Assembly (NCBI RefSeq): GCF_006345805.1
Contig: NC_043010.1
Location: forward strand, 53,754,001 to 53,818,000
Origin: Octopus sinensis
Lineage: Eukaryota
Reading direction: 5' to 3'
DNA length: 64,000 nt
This document shows positions 39,163-53,168 of this stretch, one piece after another (position 1 is the stretch's first letter; each line of letters opens with the position of its first letter). The notes under the pieces were generated by a model. The model searched no databases. It was not told the origin of the DNA and saw nothing but the letters and a program-made list of their open reading frames with translations. The translations under genes and the position numbers were made by a program.

Positions 39163-40181
39163 CCATAAAATAATCACGCATTTATGCCTCCGATGTGTCC
39201 CTCAGTTTCGAATCATTATCTTCTGCAATTCTGCATTTAATTATCCACAGTCTCCCGTTCGCTCAATTCACTGCAATTAAACTGCCTGAAAAAATATTTT
39301 TATTTTCCATTGTAACATTTGTTTAGTATAGGTTGCGTACCTTTAAAGATTCTCTCCATCCTTTTTAAAGTGCTATTATTATTAGCTCCATTTTTCTTGT
39401 TTTATTTTGCAAAACCGTGTATTTACTACTTAAATAGAAATAAGCGGTATATGCGGATATATTATGCTTTTAAATGTATCTATTTCAACGAAGTTTTATG
39501 TTTCCATTGATAACAAGTATTTTTTTCCTTGCTAACTCTATTATATACTTTTGTTTTTTCTTTTGTTTTTGAATTGTCTGTATTTGAATGCTATATATTC
39601 GGGTGTGTATTTTCTAAGTGATATATATAGTCAAATACTTTACATTGAAACTCTCATTATTGTGATTTATGTATCTCTTTGACAGTCAACCATTTCAAAG
39701 TTATTTCTTAGAGAATTTGCAATGGGTATTCACATTAATGCATTCCCAAATGTTATCCACGCAAACTTTGCTTTAAAAATAATTCTTACTTTTTGGTTTG
39801 AATACAAATTCCTCTTAAACTCTTTTTTTCAATTCACAACAGTATTTTCACATTGTTTTAGTTTTATTAGTTTATTTTTTAACAATATATTTCCATTAGT
39901 TCTCTACTACTGTTACACATTTTTATCCATATGTTGCCTCTTTAAGATTATATATCTGTAGATGTGTGTGTGTATGTGTGTTTGTGTGTGTTTGTGCACG
40001 TGAGTATTTGTGTACTATTCATGACTAAGTTTATATTTATTACTGCATATGCCTAAAGAGTACATAGCTGTACATGATATTGCTTAGCTAGATTTCCTCT
40101 CTCATTTATATATAATATATATAGATATGTATATATTACATATATACTATATATATACATATTATATATATATATATATAT

Positions 40182-40237
<56 letters not shown>

Positions 40238-40515
40238 TATATATACATATATATGTATATAATATATATATTAATATATATATAATAATAATATGAGGGA
40301 ATATTAATCCAAACTTATATGGAAAAATTCTATTTAGAAATACTAGATCAAATTTCACAGAATATAAACGTTCTTTGTTTCCTCTTGAGCGTCCAAAAAT
40401 ACTACACTCGTGCCACGTCCTCGCGTTATTGTGTTTTTTTAGTATTTTCATGATCAGATTCACTAATATATGTATAATATATGTATGTATGTATATATCT
40501 ATGTATACATATATA

Positions 40516-40574
<59 letters not shown>

Positions 40575-40635
40575 TAATATACATATATATATATACACGT
40601 ATATATATATATATTATCGTATATATATGTGTGTC

Positions 40636-40666
<31 letters not shown>

Positions 40667-42893
40667 GATTATATATATATATGTAATCAAAACATCAACA
40701 AGGAATCCAAGGTAGTGTAGTACAATCGTTTTATGCTACTTCATTTTATTAAACACTGTAAGTATTACATCAGTTTTATTATGCCGAGCAATCTCCAGCC
40801 ACATTTAGAATTTTTTAATTAAACGGACAATGCACATTTTTATACGTATTTCATTTGCCAACATTACAAAGAGGGTATATATATAGACAGAGAGGTTAAT
40901 TTCCTCATTAAGAACATGATGGTAGTATAAATCTACAGATGGAGAAGAACATATCTACTCCGTATTTCGAGCAATTCTCGACAATATGTGACTTTAAGAA
41001 AACAGCTGTTCCCGCAAACCAAGATACAATTGGGGTTTTCGCAGAGGGTCAAAACTGGTAACAAAAACAGGATAGTGAAACAATTGTGAGGGCTGCTAAA
41101 CCAGGTGGGGTAAGAGGTGGCGAACGCTGAGGAACATACTTTGACAGGAGAAAAGGTAGAAAAGGAGACAGACAAGAATACATTTGGTCTCTGCAACAGA
41201 CCAAAGAAGAGAAAGATGAACGCATGTGGAAATAATTTTACTATTCTTGGACACTATACCTTATTACAGGTGCAACACGTATTACCGGTTAGAACTTGTT
41301 TACGATTCGTTTCTGTTTTGCTTTTAAATATTTCTCCATCATATTTCTTGTCTTATTACAATGAGTGGTGAGATGCGGAGGAATCGGTGGAGTACCTGAC
41401 AAGTTGGGTTGCAGAATTTTATTACTGCCTTTATTGTTTAGAAAAATGGCTTGATATATTGCAAAGATGTCCCTTACGTTCTGACATAAAATTCTTTCGG
41501 GGTCGATTTCAAGAAGTCCCTGGTGTCGGTATAATCAACAGTTTCACTCCACGTCATTTCTCGATTCGTTTCTGTTTGAAACCAATGCTACCTTTATTAG
41601 CATATGTGTTACCTGTTCTTGCATGATATAATTAATTTCTGAACCTATTTTGGGATTACATTTGATTGCATTTTTAAAAACAGGATTCATATTTTTTGTC
41701 ACATTTGTAAAGAATCGTTGCAGGACAGTGAAATGCATGTGCATTAGTTTAAGCTGTTGCATTTGAGCAAACAACAATCTCTAAATAGACAACCTCTAAA
41801 AATATAAAGCTTGTAAAAGCTAGCACCCATGGGATCGATGGAAAAATCTTGTGATCGTACCCCACCATCAAGACAAGAGTTGGACAACTACGAGACATGT
41901 TCCGTGCCCCCAATGTCAGGACATGCAATTGTAAGGATGGAGATCAAACGTATTTTCTTGGGAGAACGACTTAGGGATTTAGACAAATCCTTATATCGAT
42001 TAGCACAGAGAACGACTAGGTAACAACAACGTCTTCACCACACTGCAAACTATACAACATCATAAATTGCACTAATTCGGACAAATCTGATACTTAATTC
42101 CTAATATTATTTCCTTTTGATCGTAAATAGGAAGAGAATAATGCATGGTTAGGTGGAAGGAATGCGGGAAAATAAATGCTGCACTTGATAAGACATGGAG
42201 AAATAGCCTGACCCAACGCTGGAATTATACATTCTAGGGCTTCATAAATAAAGCGTGTGCGTGTATATGTGATTGTATATGCAGGCGAACATGGACTTAT
42301 CTGTGTGAGATAGGTGTCTGTGAGTAAGGAAGAAAGACATCATTGCACGATGGGGAGAGAATAACAGAGATGAAATATGTTTGCGAGTGAAATTAAAAGA
42401 AACAGTTGCAGACTGAAAAATAAAACGAATTTGAAATAAAATTGAGAATTCTACCTCTAAATGATATTAACACATTTATTTTATTTTATTGACGTTTCAT
42501 TACAATTATCAAACCTCCACAATCTCTTTCCATGAAGTCATCTTGTTTACAACATCGGCTTGTCTCGGACTGGGATTTAAAAAAAAAATTTTATCATGCC
42601 TTGTAATCCAAAATATCAGATATGTGTGCCAATGTTTGCAAAGATTACTTTTTTTTTTTGAGAAATGGTGGCATTGTTTCAAAACAATAATGAATACTGG
42701 AATATATAGGTAAACTGATACGTTTTTATAACACAACGATAAAGATTAGCCCGCGCTAGACTGAATTTATTGATATACAGCTATTGTTGTTTAATGATAG
42801 TGCGTGTTTCTGACTGCGTAGTTCCAGGTACAGACTTAAACTTTTTCACACCTACGGATTACAAATTCAAGTAAACAGCTTTAAGCGTATGTT

Positions 42894-42938
<45 letters not shown>

Positions 42939-43219
42939 GTGCGCGCGCGAGTATGTGTGCGCGCGCGAGTATGTGTGCGTGTATGTACACATATATGAAT
43001 ATGTATGTGTATATATATATGTATATAATATATCGGTAATATATATATGTAAATATATGTATATATATGTATATATCTACATACATACATACACCACACC
43101 AAGACATATATTATATATATATATATTATATATATATATATATATTATATATGCACCTACATATACACACATATATTCATATACATCAAGTATACTTATA
43201 TTGCACCTAGAAACCCACG

Positions 43220-43273
<54 letters not shown>

Positions 43274-43291
43274 GATATATATACACCAAAC

Positions 43292-43323
<32 letters not shown>

Positions 43324-43852
43324 GTATATATGTATATATATCTACACACATACATGTTTGTGGTTTATGTACACATACATATGTATGCGTATATAACACT
43401 CGACACAGTCACAGAACAAACACAGAACCATGCGCAGACGTATGAATAGGCACATCAGAATAAACAAGCGCAACCATATTAAACAACCAAGTGATCTGAA
43501 ACGCCGTTTCACAGAGCCAACGCTACTGTGCTATTTATATGATTTACACATTTAACTTCTGTCTTAAATATGTGCCCTTGCTGTGAATGTACTAAGCATA
43601 GTATTTACATGATATGAATATCGATATATATTGTTTTGTCTATTGTTCTTGCTTTCTGAAATGTTGTATATTTGTTAGGTGTTCATAAGAAATACGTCAC
43701 TACGTACGTTTTAATATATTGTTGTATTAGTGATTGAATGACAAATGCAGTAAGAAATTATACATATATAGACACACACACACAGAGACACGTATATATA
43801 TACGTATATATCTGTACATATTTATGTTTGTTTGGTGTGTGTGTGTGTGTGT

Positions 43853-43892
<40 letters not shown>

Positions 43893-43909
43893 TGTGTGTT
43901 AGGTATTTA

Positions 43910-44123
43910 CTCTTTTACGCTTTTACTTGTTTCAGTCATTTGATTGCGGTCATGTTGGAGCACCGCCTTTGGTTGAGAAAATCGACCCCAAGACTTATTC
44001 CATTGAAAGGCTAGTACTTATTCTATCGGTCTCTTTTGCCGAACCGCTAAGTTACGGGGACGTAAACACACGAGCATCGGTTGTCAAGCGCTGTTGGGGG
44101 ACAAACACAGACACACAAACATA

Positions 44124-44168
<45 letters not shown>

Positions 44169-44358
44169 CGCATCTATATATATGCATATATACGACGGGC
44201 TTCTTTTCAGCTTCCGTCTACCATATCCACTCACAAGGCTTTGGTCGACCCGAGGCTATAGTGGAGGACACTTGTCCAAGGTGCCACGCAGTGGGACTGA
44301 ACCCGGACCTATGTGGTTCGTAAGGAAGCTACTTACCACTCAGCCACTCCTACGCCTA
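43910..44358 (-). mobile_element. SINE family C flanked by 160-185-bp direct repeats
   Basis: Full-length copy; flanks 43725-43909 and 44359-44519 are homologous. Confidence 0.9.
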
Positions 44359-44967
44359 TATTAGTGATTGAAAGACAATCACAGTAAGAAATTATACACA
44401 CATACACACACACAGACACGTATATATACATATATATCTATACATATTTATGTTTGTATGTGTGTGTGTGTGTGTGCGTTTGTGTGTGTGTGTATGTGTG
44501 TGTGGGCATTAGGTATTTATTGAATTTTTTTTCAAAATTGGTAAGCCAAGTAAACAAAGCTTGTATATCACCGATAGAAACATGTCAAATAATAATATCA
44601 CAACCGTCACGACCATCAGCAGCAACACAAAGACCAACATCGCTATCATTAACAACAACAATGACAGCGATCAAAATCCCCTCCCCTAAAACGTCTGGCC
44701 TTGTGCCTAGAAGTAGAAAAGATAATAAATGTTGATGCAAAACTACGTCAGAGGTGTACTGGAGGGCACTTTGATGTTGGAATTCAATTGTTGTTGAACA
44801 TATAGCCCCCAATGTAAAGTTACTCAAGAGTACGCAAACAGAGATTCATATAATACATACACACGTACGCACTCATAGATACAAACGTACACGCATGTGC
44901 TTATCATATATACGTACATACCGATGTATATATAAATATATAAATACATACATATACATACATACAT

Positions 44968-45000
<33 letters not shown>

Positions 45001-45005
<5 letters not shown>

Positions 45006-45700
45006 GAAATATTAAAATTACTAAGTCTCTCTAAAGGAGATTACGGCAGCGTTACTGGAAATTAATAGTTATCGCCATACTAATATGGCAGTCTTATAAA
45101 TATAAGACTAAAGCTGTCGCTGATTAGCTCCATGAGGCCACCGCCTCAAGCTTGATATTTATCACACAAACTGCGTCCATTATAAACCTTCGAACAGGGG
45201 AGGTCAGCCGCTTCATCCTGCCAGTCAGACAGCTGCAGACATTGTTTCACGGTATCTGCCCTTTATCAATGCAGCGTAGTCAGACCCAGCAGGTGTCGCT
45301 ACTGACTGTCCCTGTTCGAAGAATCTATTTACCTAGTTTCAGTGGAATACATCCACTTGTTTTCAATAATAGAAATATTAAAATTACTAAGTCTCTCTAA
45401 AGGGGATTACGGCAGCGTTACTGGAAATTAATAGTTATCGCCATACTATTATGGCAGTCTTATAAATATAAGATATAGGGTAAAAAAATATTAATTTATA
45501 ATTAATAAATTTCACCAAGTAGTTTCGGTATGGAAAGGAACCGTTTTCGGTAAAAACTTATACAAGAAGTTTTATATATAATTATGACAATAGTTAAGGG
45601 TTTAGCAACGAGTTGCTTAACCACATACCGAAAAATTTAGAAATAGCAGCCAAAAGACCGTTATTTCTGTTCGCTACAAAATATGACTCTACTGACAAAC
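45001..45700 (-). mobile_element. Partial-tandem PLE-like non-coding element with variant hammerhead motifs
   Basis: 107-bp direct repeat at 45001-45107 and 45367-45473 (366-nt period), abutting (TA)n. Hammerhead-like folds at 45233-45274, 45325-45372 and 45510-45555. Confidence 0.65.
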
Positions 45701-45780
45701 CTCTCTGTAACTCACACTGACAAGAAAGAAGGAAAATAATGAAATCAAACAGACTTCAGTTAATTATGGACGCGTTTTAA

Positions 45781-46349
45781 TACCTATTTCTTTACTTCCC
45801 ACAAGGGGCTACATACAGAGGGGACAAACAAGGACAGACAAACGGATTAAGTCGATTACATCGACCCCAGTGCGTAACTGGTACTTATTTAATCGACACC
45901 GAAAGGATGAAAGGCAAAGTCGACCTCGGCGGAATTTTAACTCAGAACGTAGCGGCAGACGAAATACCTATTTCTTTACTACCCACAAGGGGCTACACAT
46001 AGAGTGGGCAAACAAGGACAGACAAACGGATTAAGTCGATTACATCGACCCAGTGCGTAACTGGTAATTATTTAATCGACGCCGAAAGGATCAAAGGCAA
46101 AGCCGACCTCGGCGGAACGGCAGACAAAATACCTATTTCTTTACTACCCACAAGGGGCTACGCATAGAGTGGGCAAACGGGTTAAGTCGATTACATTGAC
46201 CCCAGTGCGTAACTAGTACTTAATTTATCGACGTCGAATGGATGAAAGGCAAAGTCGACCTCGGCGGAATTTGAACTCAGAACGTAACGGCTGACGAAAT
46301 GCGGCTACGCATTTCGTCCGGCGTGCTAACGTTTCTTCCAGCTCGCCGA
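45781..46349 (-). mobile_element. SINE family A multimer (one head, three body/tail units)
   Basis: tacctatttctttact.cccacaaggggcta repeats at ~45781, 45965 and 46130. Confidence 0.9.
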
Positions 46350-47100
46350 CTACCATCTTTGTTATATTGTAATCCTCACACATGCACAGAAGAACATAAA
46401 CACACACAGACGATATATACTCACAGATACTTAATGGATTCGTAGTAAAAAATATATATATATTTAAAATAATGTTAAATTAATTAATGAGTAAAATTTA
46501 TTATTAAAAAAAAATTATGCACTCTGTTTTCGCTTCTTGCTTGCTTTGAATTCTTTTTAAGCACTAAGCTAGAAACGAAATCTGCGATATACATCAGCGA
46601 TAAATTTTCTACACCGTATATGTGAAGCGAAGCGAAATATATTTTTTTAACGAAAATTATCTGACAGTGACAAAATTTTACTTGATTTCAAGTACGGGCA
46701 ATGTATGGAAATTTAATTTCTTTTGAAGTTGAAAGGAGATTAAATAATTAACTGAGAGGTGCGTAAATATTGTAGTGATATCTTATAAACTGTTCGTTAA
46801 TCTGTGTTAGATGTTGGGGATATGGCTAATATAATAATTGAGGAACAACGACAAAGTAAATAGAGAAGGAATACGTTTATGGCTGTGATGAAGAAGCTAT
46901 GTGGTATTCGTACGTTTATGTATGTGTGTGCGTGTGTGTGCATGTATACATGTTTATGTGTACTTGTCATCGCGTATGTTGCCAAATAAATAACAATTAA
47001 ATATACACACATATGTACATACACACACACGCACACACACACTCACAAACACACAGACATATATGTATATATACGTGTGTGTGTGTGTGTGTGTCTGTGC

Positions 47101-47132
<32 letters not shown>

Positions 47133-47136
47133 ATGT

Positions 47137-47408
47137 GTGGAGGCGCAATGGCCCAGTGGATCGGGCAGAGGACTCGCTGTCTTGGGATCGCGGTTTCGAT
47201 TCCCAGACTGGGCATTGTGAGTGTTTATTGAGCGAAAACAGCTAAAGCTTCACGAGGCTCCGGCAGGGAGTGCTGGTGAATCCTGCTATACTCTTTCACT
47301 ACAACTTTCTCTCACACTTTTTTGCGCTGTTGCACCTGTATTTCAAAGGGCCAGTCTTGTCACACTCTGTGTCACGCTGAATCTCCCCGAGAACTACGTA
47401 AGGGTATA
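47137..47408 (+). mobile_element. SINE family B (alternative 3' module), truncated
   Basis: gtggaggcgcaatggcccagtgg head and gtcacactctgtgtcacgctgaatctccccgagaactacg body. Confidence 0.88.
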
Positions 47409-47496
47409 TATATTAAGTTAGACATGGCCTGGGCCAAAAATGGCCGAAACCTATCAAAGTATCAAAGTATCAAAGTATATATATATGTATGTATAT

Positions 47497-47542
<46 letters not shown>

Positions 47543-48123
47543 CACACACAACGGAAGCCTTTCAGTTCCAGTCTACCAAATCCGCGCACAATGTCTTGAT
47601 CGACCTGATGCTATAGTAGAAGGCAGTTGCACCAAGTGTCACGCAGTGAAACTGAACTCGGAACCATGTGGTTGGGGAGCAAGCTTCTTATCACACAGCC
47701 ACAGATCGTATATACTAAATTAGTTTAATTACAATATACGTAGAAATCAGCATCTTTTCGCAATTATATACTATTCATAAAAGACATATTAGTGATTCAA
47801 CTATGTATTCTTTTAATCATCTTTTCTTCGAAGGCCAAAAATATCTAGGGCCTTGTTGAATAAATACATATTATATTATGTAAAGGAGAATAGTGTAGTC
47901 GGTATGCAAGTATTTACGGTATTAAGACAAATGCACCTTGACATATTTTTAGGTATTCCATGTAAATTCATACATTATACATCCTCTGTAACATACATGT
48001 GTTCATTTTTATAATATACACATCAAATATAAAGTGTATAAAGAAACGTGCCTATGGAAAAATGTACGCGTGTATTACACCCACCGTTTACTTTTATTTT
48101 ATATAAATTTATATTGAATAAAC

Positions 48124-48520
48124 AGGCGTAGGAGTGGCTGTGTGGTAATTAGCTTGTTTACCAACCACAAGGTTCCGGGTTCAGTCCCACTGCGTGGCAC
48201 ATTGGGCAAGTGTCTTCTACTATTGCCTCGGATCGACCAAAGCTTTGTGAGTAGATTTGGTAGCCGGAAACTGAAAGAAGCCCCTTATATATATATGTGT
48301 GTATATGTTTGTGTGTTTGTGTTAGTCCCCCCAACATCACTTGACAACCGATGCTGGTATGTTTACGTCTCCGTCACTTAGCAGTGCGGCAAAAGAGAGA
48401 GATAGAATAAGTACTATGCTTACAAAGAATATGTCCGGGGTTCGATTTGCTCGACTAAAGGCGGTGCTCCAGCATGGTCACAGTTAAATGACTGAAACAA
48501 GTAAAAGAGTAAAAGAGTAA
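48124..48520 (+). mobile_element. SINE family C, full length
   Basis: aggcgtaggagtggctgtgtggtaa...gggttcagtccc head and (gtaaaaga)n tail. Confidence 0.9.
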
Positions 48521-48569
48521 ACAAGCATAAAATATTGATTTCAAATTTTGGAATAAATCTAGTAATTTT

Positions 48570-49476
48570 GCGGCAGTAAGAAGTCGTAACATCGACCCCA
48601 GCGCTCCGTTGGTGCATTTAAAAAAAAATGAAACTCGAAGTAATTGAAGGTGGTGCCGACAGCGGCGGAATTTGAATTTAGAACGTAAGAACGGACTAAA
48701 TGCCACTGAGCATTCTGCCTACCGTGCTTACGATACGGCTAGCTCGCCGACTTAAAAGGTACTCAAATGGTACTTAATTTATCAATTCCGAAATGATGAA
48801 AGATAATGTCGACCTGGCGGAATTTGAAAAAATAGACATAAAATATCAGTTTCGAATTTTGTCACAAGGCCAGCAGTCTTGGGGGAGGGTTTAAGTCCAT
48901 TACATCGGCCCCGACGCTCAGCTTGTGCTTTTTCCTTTATCGAATCCGATAGGATGAACGTCAAAGTCGACCTCGGTGGAATTCGGACTCAGAGCGTAAG
49001 GACGGACAAATTGCAACCAAGAACTTTACCCAGCGTGCTAGCGATTCTACCAGCTCACCGTATTGACTAAGCATAAATTATTTTTTTCTACTCTAGGCAC
49101 AAGGATCGAAATATTTGGGGAGGGGGACAGTCGAGTAGACCGACCCTAGTACGCAACTGGCACTTAATTTATCGACCCCGAAAGGATGAAAAGCAAAGTA
49201 GACCTCGGCGGAATTTGAACTCAGAACGTAGAGGCAGACGAAATACCTATTTCTTTACTACCCACAAGGGGCTAAACACAGATGGGACAAACAGGACAGA
49301 CAAACGGATTAAGTCGATTATATCGACCTCAGTGCGTAACTGGTACTTATTCAATTGATCCCCGAGAGGATGAAAAGCAAAGTCGACCTCGGCGGAATTT
49401 GAACTCAGAACGTGACGACAGACGAAATACTGCTAAGCATTTCGCCCGGCGTGCTAACATTTCTTCCAGCTCACCA
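48570..49476 (-). mobile_element. Cluster of three to four SINE family A copies of different ages
   Basis: gtcgacctcggcggaatttgaactcagaacg and its variants recur. Confidence 0.8.
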
Positions 49477-50442
49477 TCAAATGAGGCATAAAATATTGCA
49501 TTTCCTTATATGAGTATATTCTTTTGGGATATAACTATATCTATCGTTATCTAAATTATGGAACGTATGAATTGAAAAAATTTACAAGTGTTATGGGAAA
49601 AAATTTACAAGTGTCAACCCATTATATATTTTACCTATTTCTCAATCTTTATTTTTAAAGAGGCAACTATAAATATTCGATTTAATCTTAAGTATATGCA
49701 AGACTTTAGTTACAACACAGTGATACATGGAGACAATATAACGTTATTAGCATATACCGGAGTCAACTGCACACTTATAAATCATCCATTAATTTATTTT
49801 CATTCAAAGCTATTTTGAAGTACGTTATTTGTTTCAGGACAAAAATTTATTATAATACATGTAAATAACTAATATATATATATTTGAGAAATGCTAATAT
49901 ATGCATATATGTGATATGACTGCATAACTATTTAAACATATTCAAGAGAATTCGGCATCAAACAACACCATGTAATATTTATATTTTTCCAATTTCTTTA
50001 TGTATATTTAACTTATTTTATCTGCCATCTTCAATTCGTTCAATGTTGTTAAGATTAAGGTTAATCTTTGCATATCGACAATTTGAATTGCGTAAAAATT
50101 TAATCGCTCTGGAGACTGCGTTCCCGTTGACGCCTTCAATGTGTATTTTATATTGTGCACGCCCGAGGACCGATAGAAGATGAATTATAACGTATATATA
50201 GATGGGAATAGGAAAGCGAGTCCTTGATTACATACACAATCACACTCACAAACACACACTTACACGCACACGCACACTCACACACGCACTCACACACACA
50301 TACATACTCACGAACACACACGTACGCACACACATACGTATCGTTTATTCTTTTACTTGGTTCAGTCATTTGACTGCGGTCATGCTGAAGCACCGCCTTT
50401 AGTCGAATAAATCAACCCCAGGAGTTTTGCCGGACCGCTAAG

Positions 50443-50476
<34 letters not shown>

Positions 50477-50829
50477 GGAGAGAGACTGAGGGAGAGAAAG
50501 AGGGAAAGAAACATAAAAACGAACGTAGAGACGTTTATATATATACACATATAAACATAGTTCAGTGTGCAAATGCATGTGTGCATAACGTGTGTATGTG
50601 TGTGTGTGTTTATATATATTTTACTTAAAGAAATTTCAACTCTGATTTTCATGTTATATTTACAAACTTATAATAATATAAGATAATATAATGTAATGAA
50701 ATAATTGACTATAAAACATGAAGCCGCATGGCTCAATGACCGGATTTTCCCGGACTTGTGCCTAGGAGGGTGACCTTGTCGGTGTAATCCTATGATCCGA
50801 AGGGGATCTCAGAAATGTATATTCTGTTA

Positions 50830-50872
50830 GAACTAGTACTTTCATGCTTTTAACTATGCAATCTTCAGGTTC
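50830..50872 (-). ncRNA. Minimal hammerhead ribozyme motif
   Basis: Minus strand: GAAC-CTGAAGA-TTGC.ATAGTTAAAA.GCAT-GAAA-GTAC-TA-GTTC. Confidence 0.7.
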
Positions 50873-50915
50873 ACAGTTGTAAACTGTAGGACATAACTGT
50901 CACCACTACTACATG

Positions 50916-50956
50916 AACCTGAAGATTGCATTGTTTAATGCATGAAAGTACTAGTT
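50916..50956 (+). ncRNA. Minimal hammerhead ribozyme motif (predicted CUA site at A50953)
   Basis: AAC-CTGAAGA-TTGCAT.TGTTTA.ATGCAT-GAAA-GTAC-TA-GTT. Confidence 0.7.
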
Positions 50957-51081
50957 GAATAAGAAGGGAGATTTAATATTCTCTCATTTCATTAAATTAT
51001 CTTATATTATATTATTACAAGATTGTAAATAAAACGTGAAAATCAACGTTGGAATTTCTTTGAGTAATATATTCTTCTATA

Positions 51082-51424
51082 AAAGGCGGCGAGCTGGCAG
51101 AAAAGGTTAGCACGCCGGACGAAAAGAGTACCAGTTACACACTGTGGTCGATGTAATCGACTTAATCCCTTTGTCTGTTCTTCTTTGTCCCCTATATGTT
51201 TAGCCTCTTGTGGACAGTAAACAAATAAGAAACATTAGAATGCCGGGCGAAATACTTAGCGATATTTCGTCTGACTTTACGTTCTGAGTTCAAATTCTGC
51301 TGAGGTCGACTTTGCCTTTCATCCTTCCGGGGTTGATAAATTAAGTACCAGCTGTATACTGGAGTCGATCTAATCGAGTGGCCCCTCCTCTAAACTTTCG
51401 AGCCTTGTATATAGAGGAGAAAAC
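51082..51424 (+). mobile_element. SINE family A dimer
   Basis: 16-bp TSD aatatattcttctata at 51066-51081 and 51425-51440. Confidence 0.9.
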
Positions 51425-51854
51425 AATATATTCTTCTATACACAATCATATATATATATATATATATATATATAAAGGGGTGAGTACGATTGTGTATGGA
51501 TGAATATATTCTTTTCTTCTGTAGGGACCGGGCTCGAAAGTTTTTGGGGAGGAGGTGCAAAGCATACGGTGATTGGTACGTCTTTCAATTTAACACTTAA
51601 TTTAAAAGTAAATTATACAACATAATTAGTTAATTATGGTCATTTTAATTAACTAATTATGCTGCATAATTACCTGTTAAACTAAAATAAAAATGTGAGT
51701 ATGGCTCAGTCCCCATATTCTTTGTAATTATTTTGGATTCCCCCCTCCCCAAAATACTGGTACTCCAGTAACGGATAATGGTCGGTGTGTTTATTTAAAA
51801 AATCCCAAAATATAATAATTTACACTTCCATACAAGCAATGAAATAATTGTTCT

Positions 51855-52058
51855 CTTTTCTCTTTTACTTTTTTCAGTCATTTGGCTGCAGCCATACTGG
51901 AGCACCGCCTTTAGTCGAACCAATCGACCCCAGGACTTATTCTTTGTAAGTGTAGTACTTATTCTATCTGTCTCTTTTGCTGAACTGCCATGCTACGGGA
52001 CGTAAACACCCCAGCATAGGTTGTCAAGCGTTGTTTTGAGGACGAACACAGACACACA

Positions 52059-52117
<59 letters not shown>

Positions 52118-52287
52118 TTATATATACATACATATAGACGACGGGCTTCTTTCAGTTTCCGTCTACCAAATCCACAGACAAGGTTTTGGTCGGCCCGAGG
52201 CTATAGTAGAAGACAAGACATTTTCCTTAGGTGCCACGTAGTGGGACTGAACCCAGAACGATTTTGTTGGTAAACAAAATACTTACC
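51855..52287 (-). mobile_element. SINE family C
   Basis: Matches the family consensus in reverse, with an internal (CA)n. Confidence 0.85.
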
Positions 52288-52491
52288 GGCCAGTAATTTC
52301 ACCATTCCCTCTCATAGACGAAGAGCTTAACAGTTTAGACAATACGGATAAACTAGGAATTGTGTAATGCGTATAAACGAAGGAAGCGAAGTGGAATTGA
52401 ATTTGAAGGTTATAAACCACCCCGAAGCATTATCTGGTAAGAGCAGCCGCACAATATACTCACTTGTTCATTTTTCAACGATGCAACTGGC

Positions 52492-52591
52492 NNNNNNNNN
52501 NNNNNNNNNNNNNNNNNNNNNNNNNNNNNNNNNNNNNNNNNNNNNNNNNNNNNNNNNNNNNNNNNNNNNNNNNNNNNNNNNNNNNNNNNNN
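52492..52591. other. Assembly gap (100 N)
   Basis: Run of n. Confidence 1.
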
Positions 52592-52717
52592 AACACCCGT
52601 CTTCGACTTTTGTTTTTTTTTTTGTAAATATCACTCGTATATACATACATGCACACATATATGTGTGTGTGTGTATATGTAGGTATATACACACACATAT
52701 ACATATATAAATACACA

Positions 52718-53168
52718 CAGTAATTGCTCGACTATCGCGGGGGTTACGTTCCAAAAATAGGTGAAGTTGGGCGAAGTAGAAATAATACTGGTGTGTATAT
52801 GTATATATTGTTATTTTTATAGTTTGTATAAATTTTATTTTATTATGGACGCAAAACAACACCACACACTCTCCTCCCGAGTTTCATTTTCCATACAGTA
52901 CGTGCGATTCTTTGTTTACTCATCAACGGTACACTAAGCATTTTCCTTTAATATATTTTAATTAATATGTTATACAGTGCAGTACTATACTGTTTGTTTG
53001 TTCATTAATTAATTTATTGATTTTTGGCGAGAAAATGCTTATTTTACCATAGAAATAATTAAAATAGAAAAAAATATGAATATCTATCGGCCACAGAAAA
53101 CCGCGATATACTGAGGAGACCGCGATATACATTTATATATATTCACCGTGATATGGCTGAGGGATTAC

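Larger units (their letters stand above)
50612..51072. mobile_element. Inverted pair of a hammerhead-bearing element, with a SINE-like insertion in the left arm
   Basis: Inner arms 50831-50873 and 50914-50956 are inverted, as are outer arms ~50612-50703 and ~50985-51072. Confidence 0.7.

Noticed and set aside
40762-40800. Hammerhead-like motif on the minus strand (CTGGAGA..AAAAC)
   Set aside because: Both core boxes are mutated and there is no stem I; at most a decayed relic.
40933-41260. Possible LINE AP-endonuclease remnant
   Set aside because: Only a faint AET motif; too degraded to call by eye.
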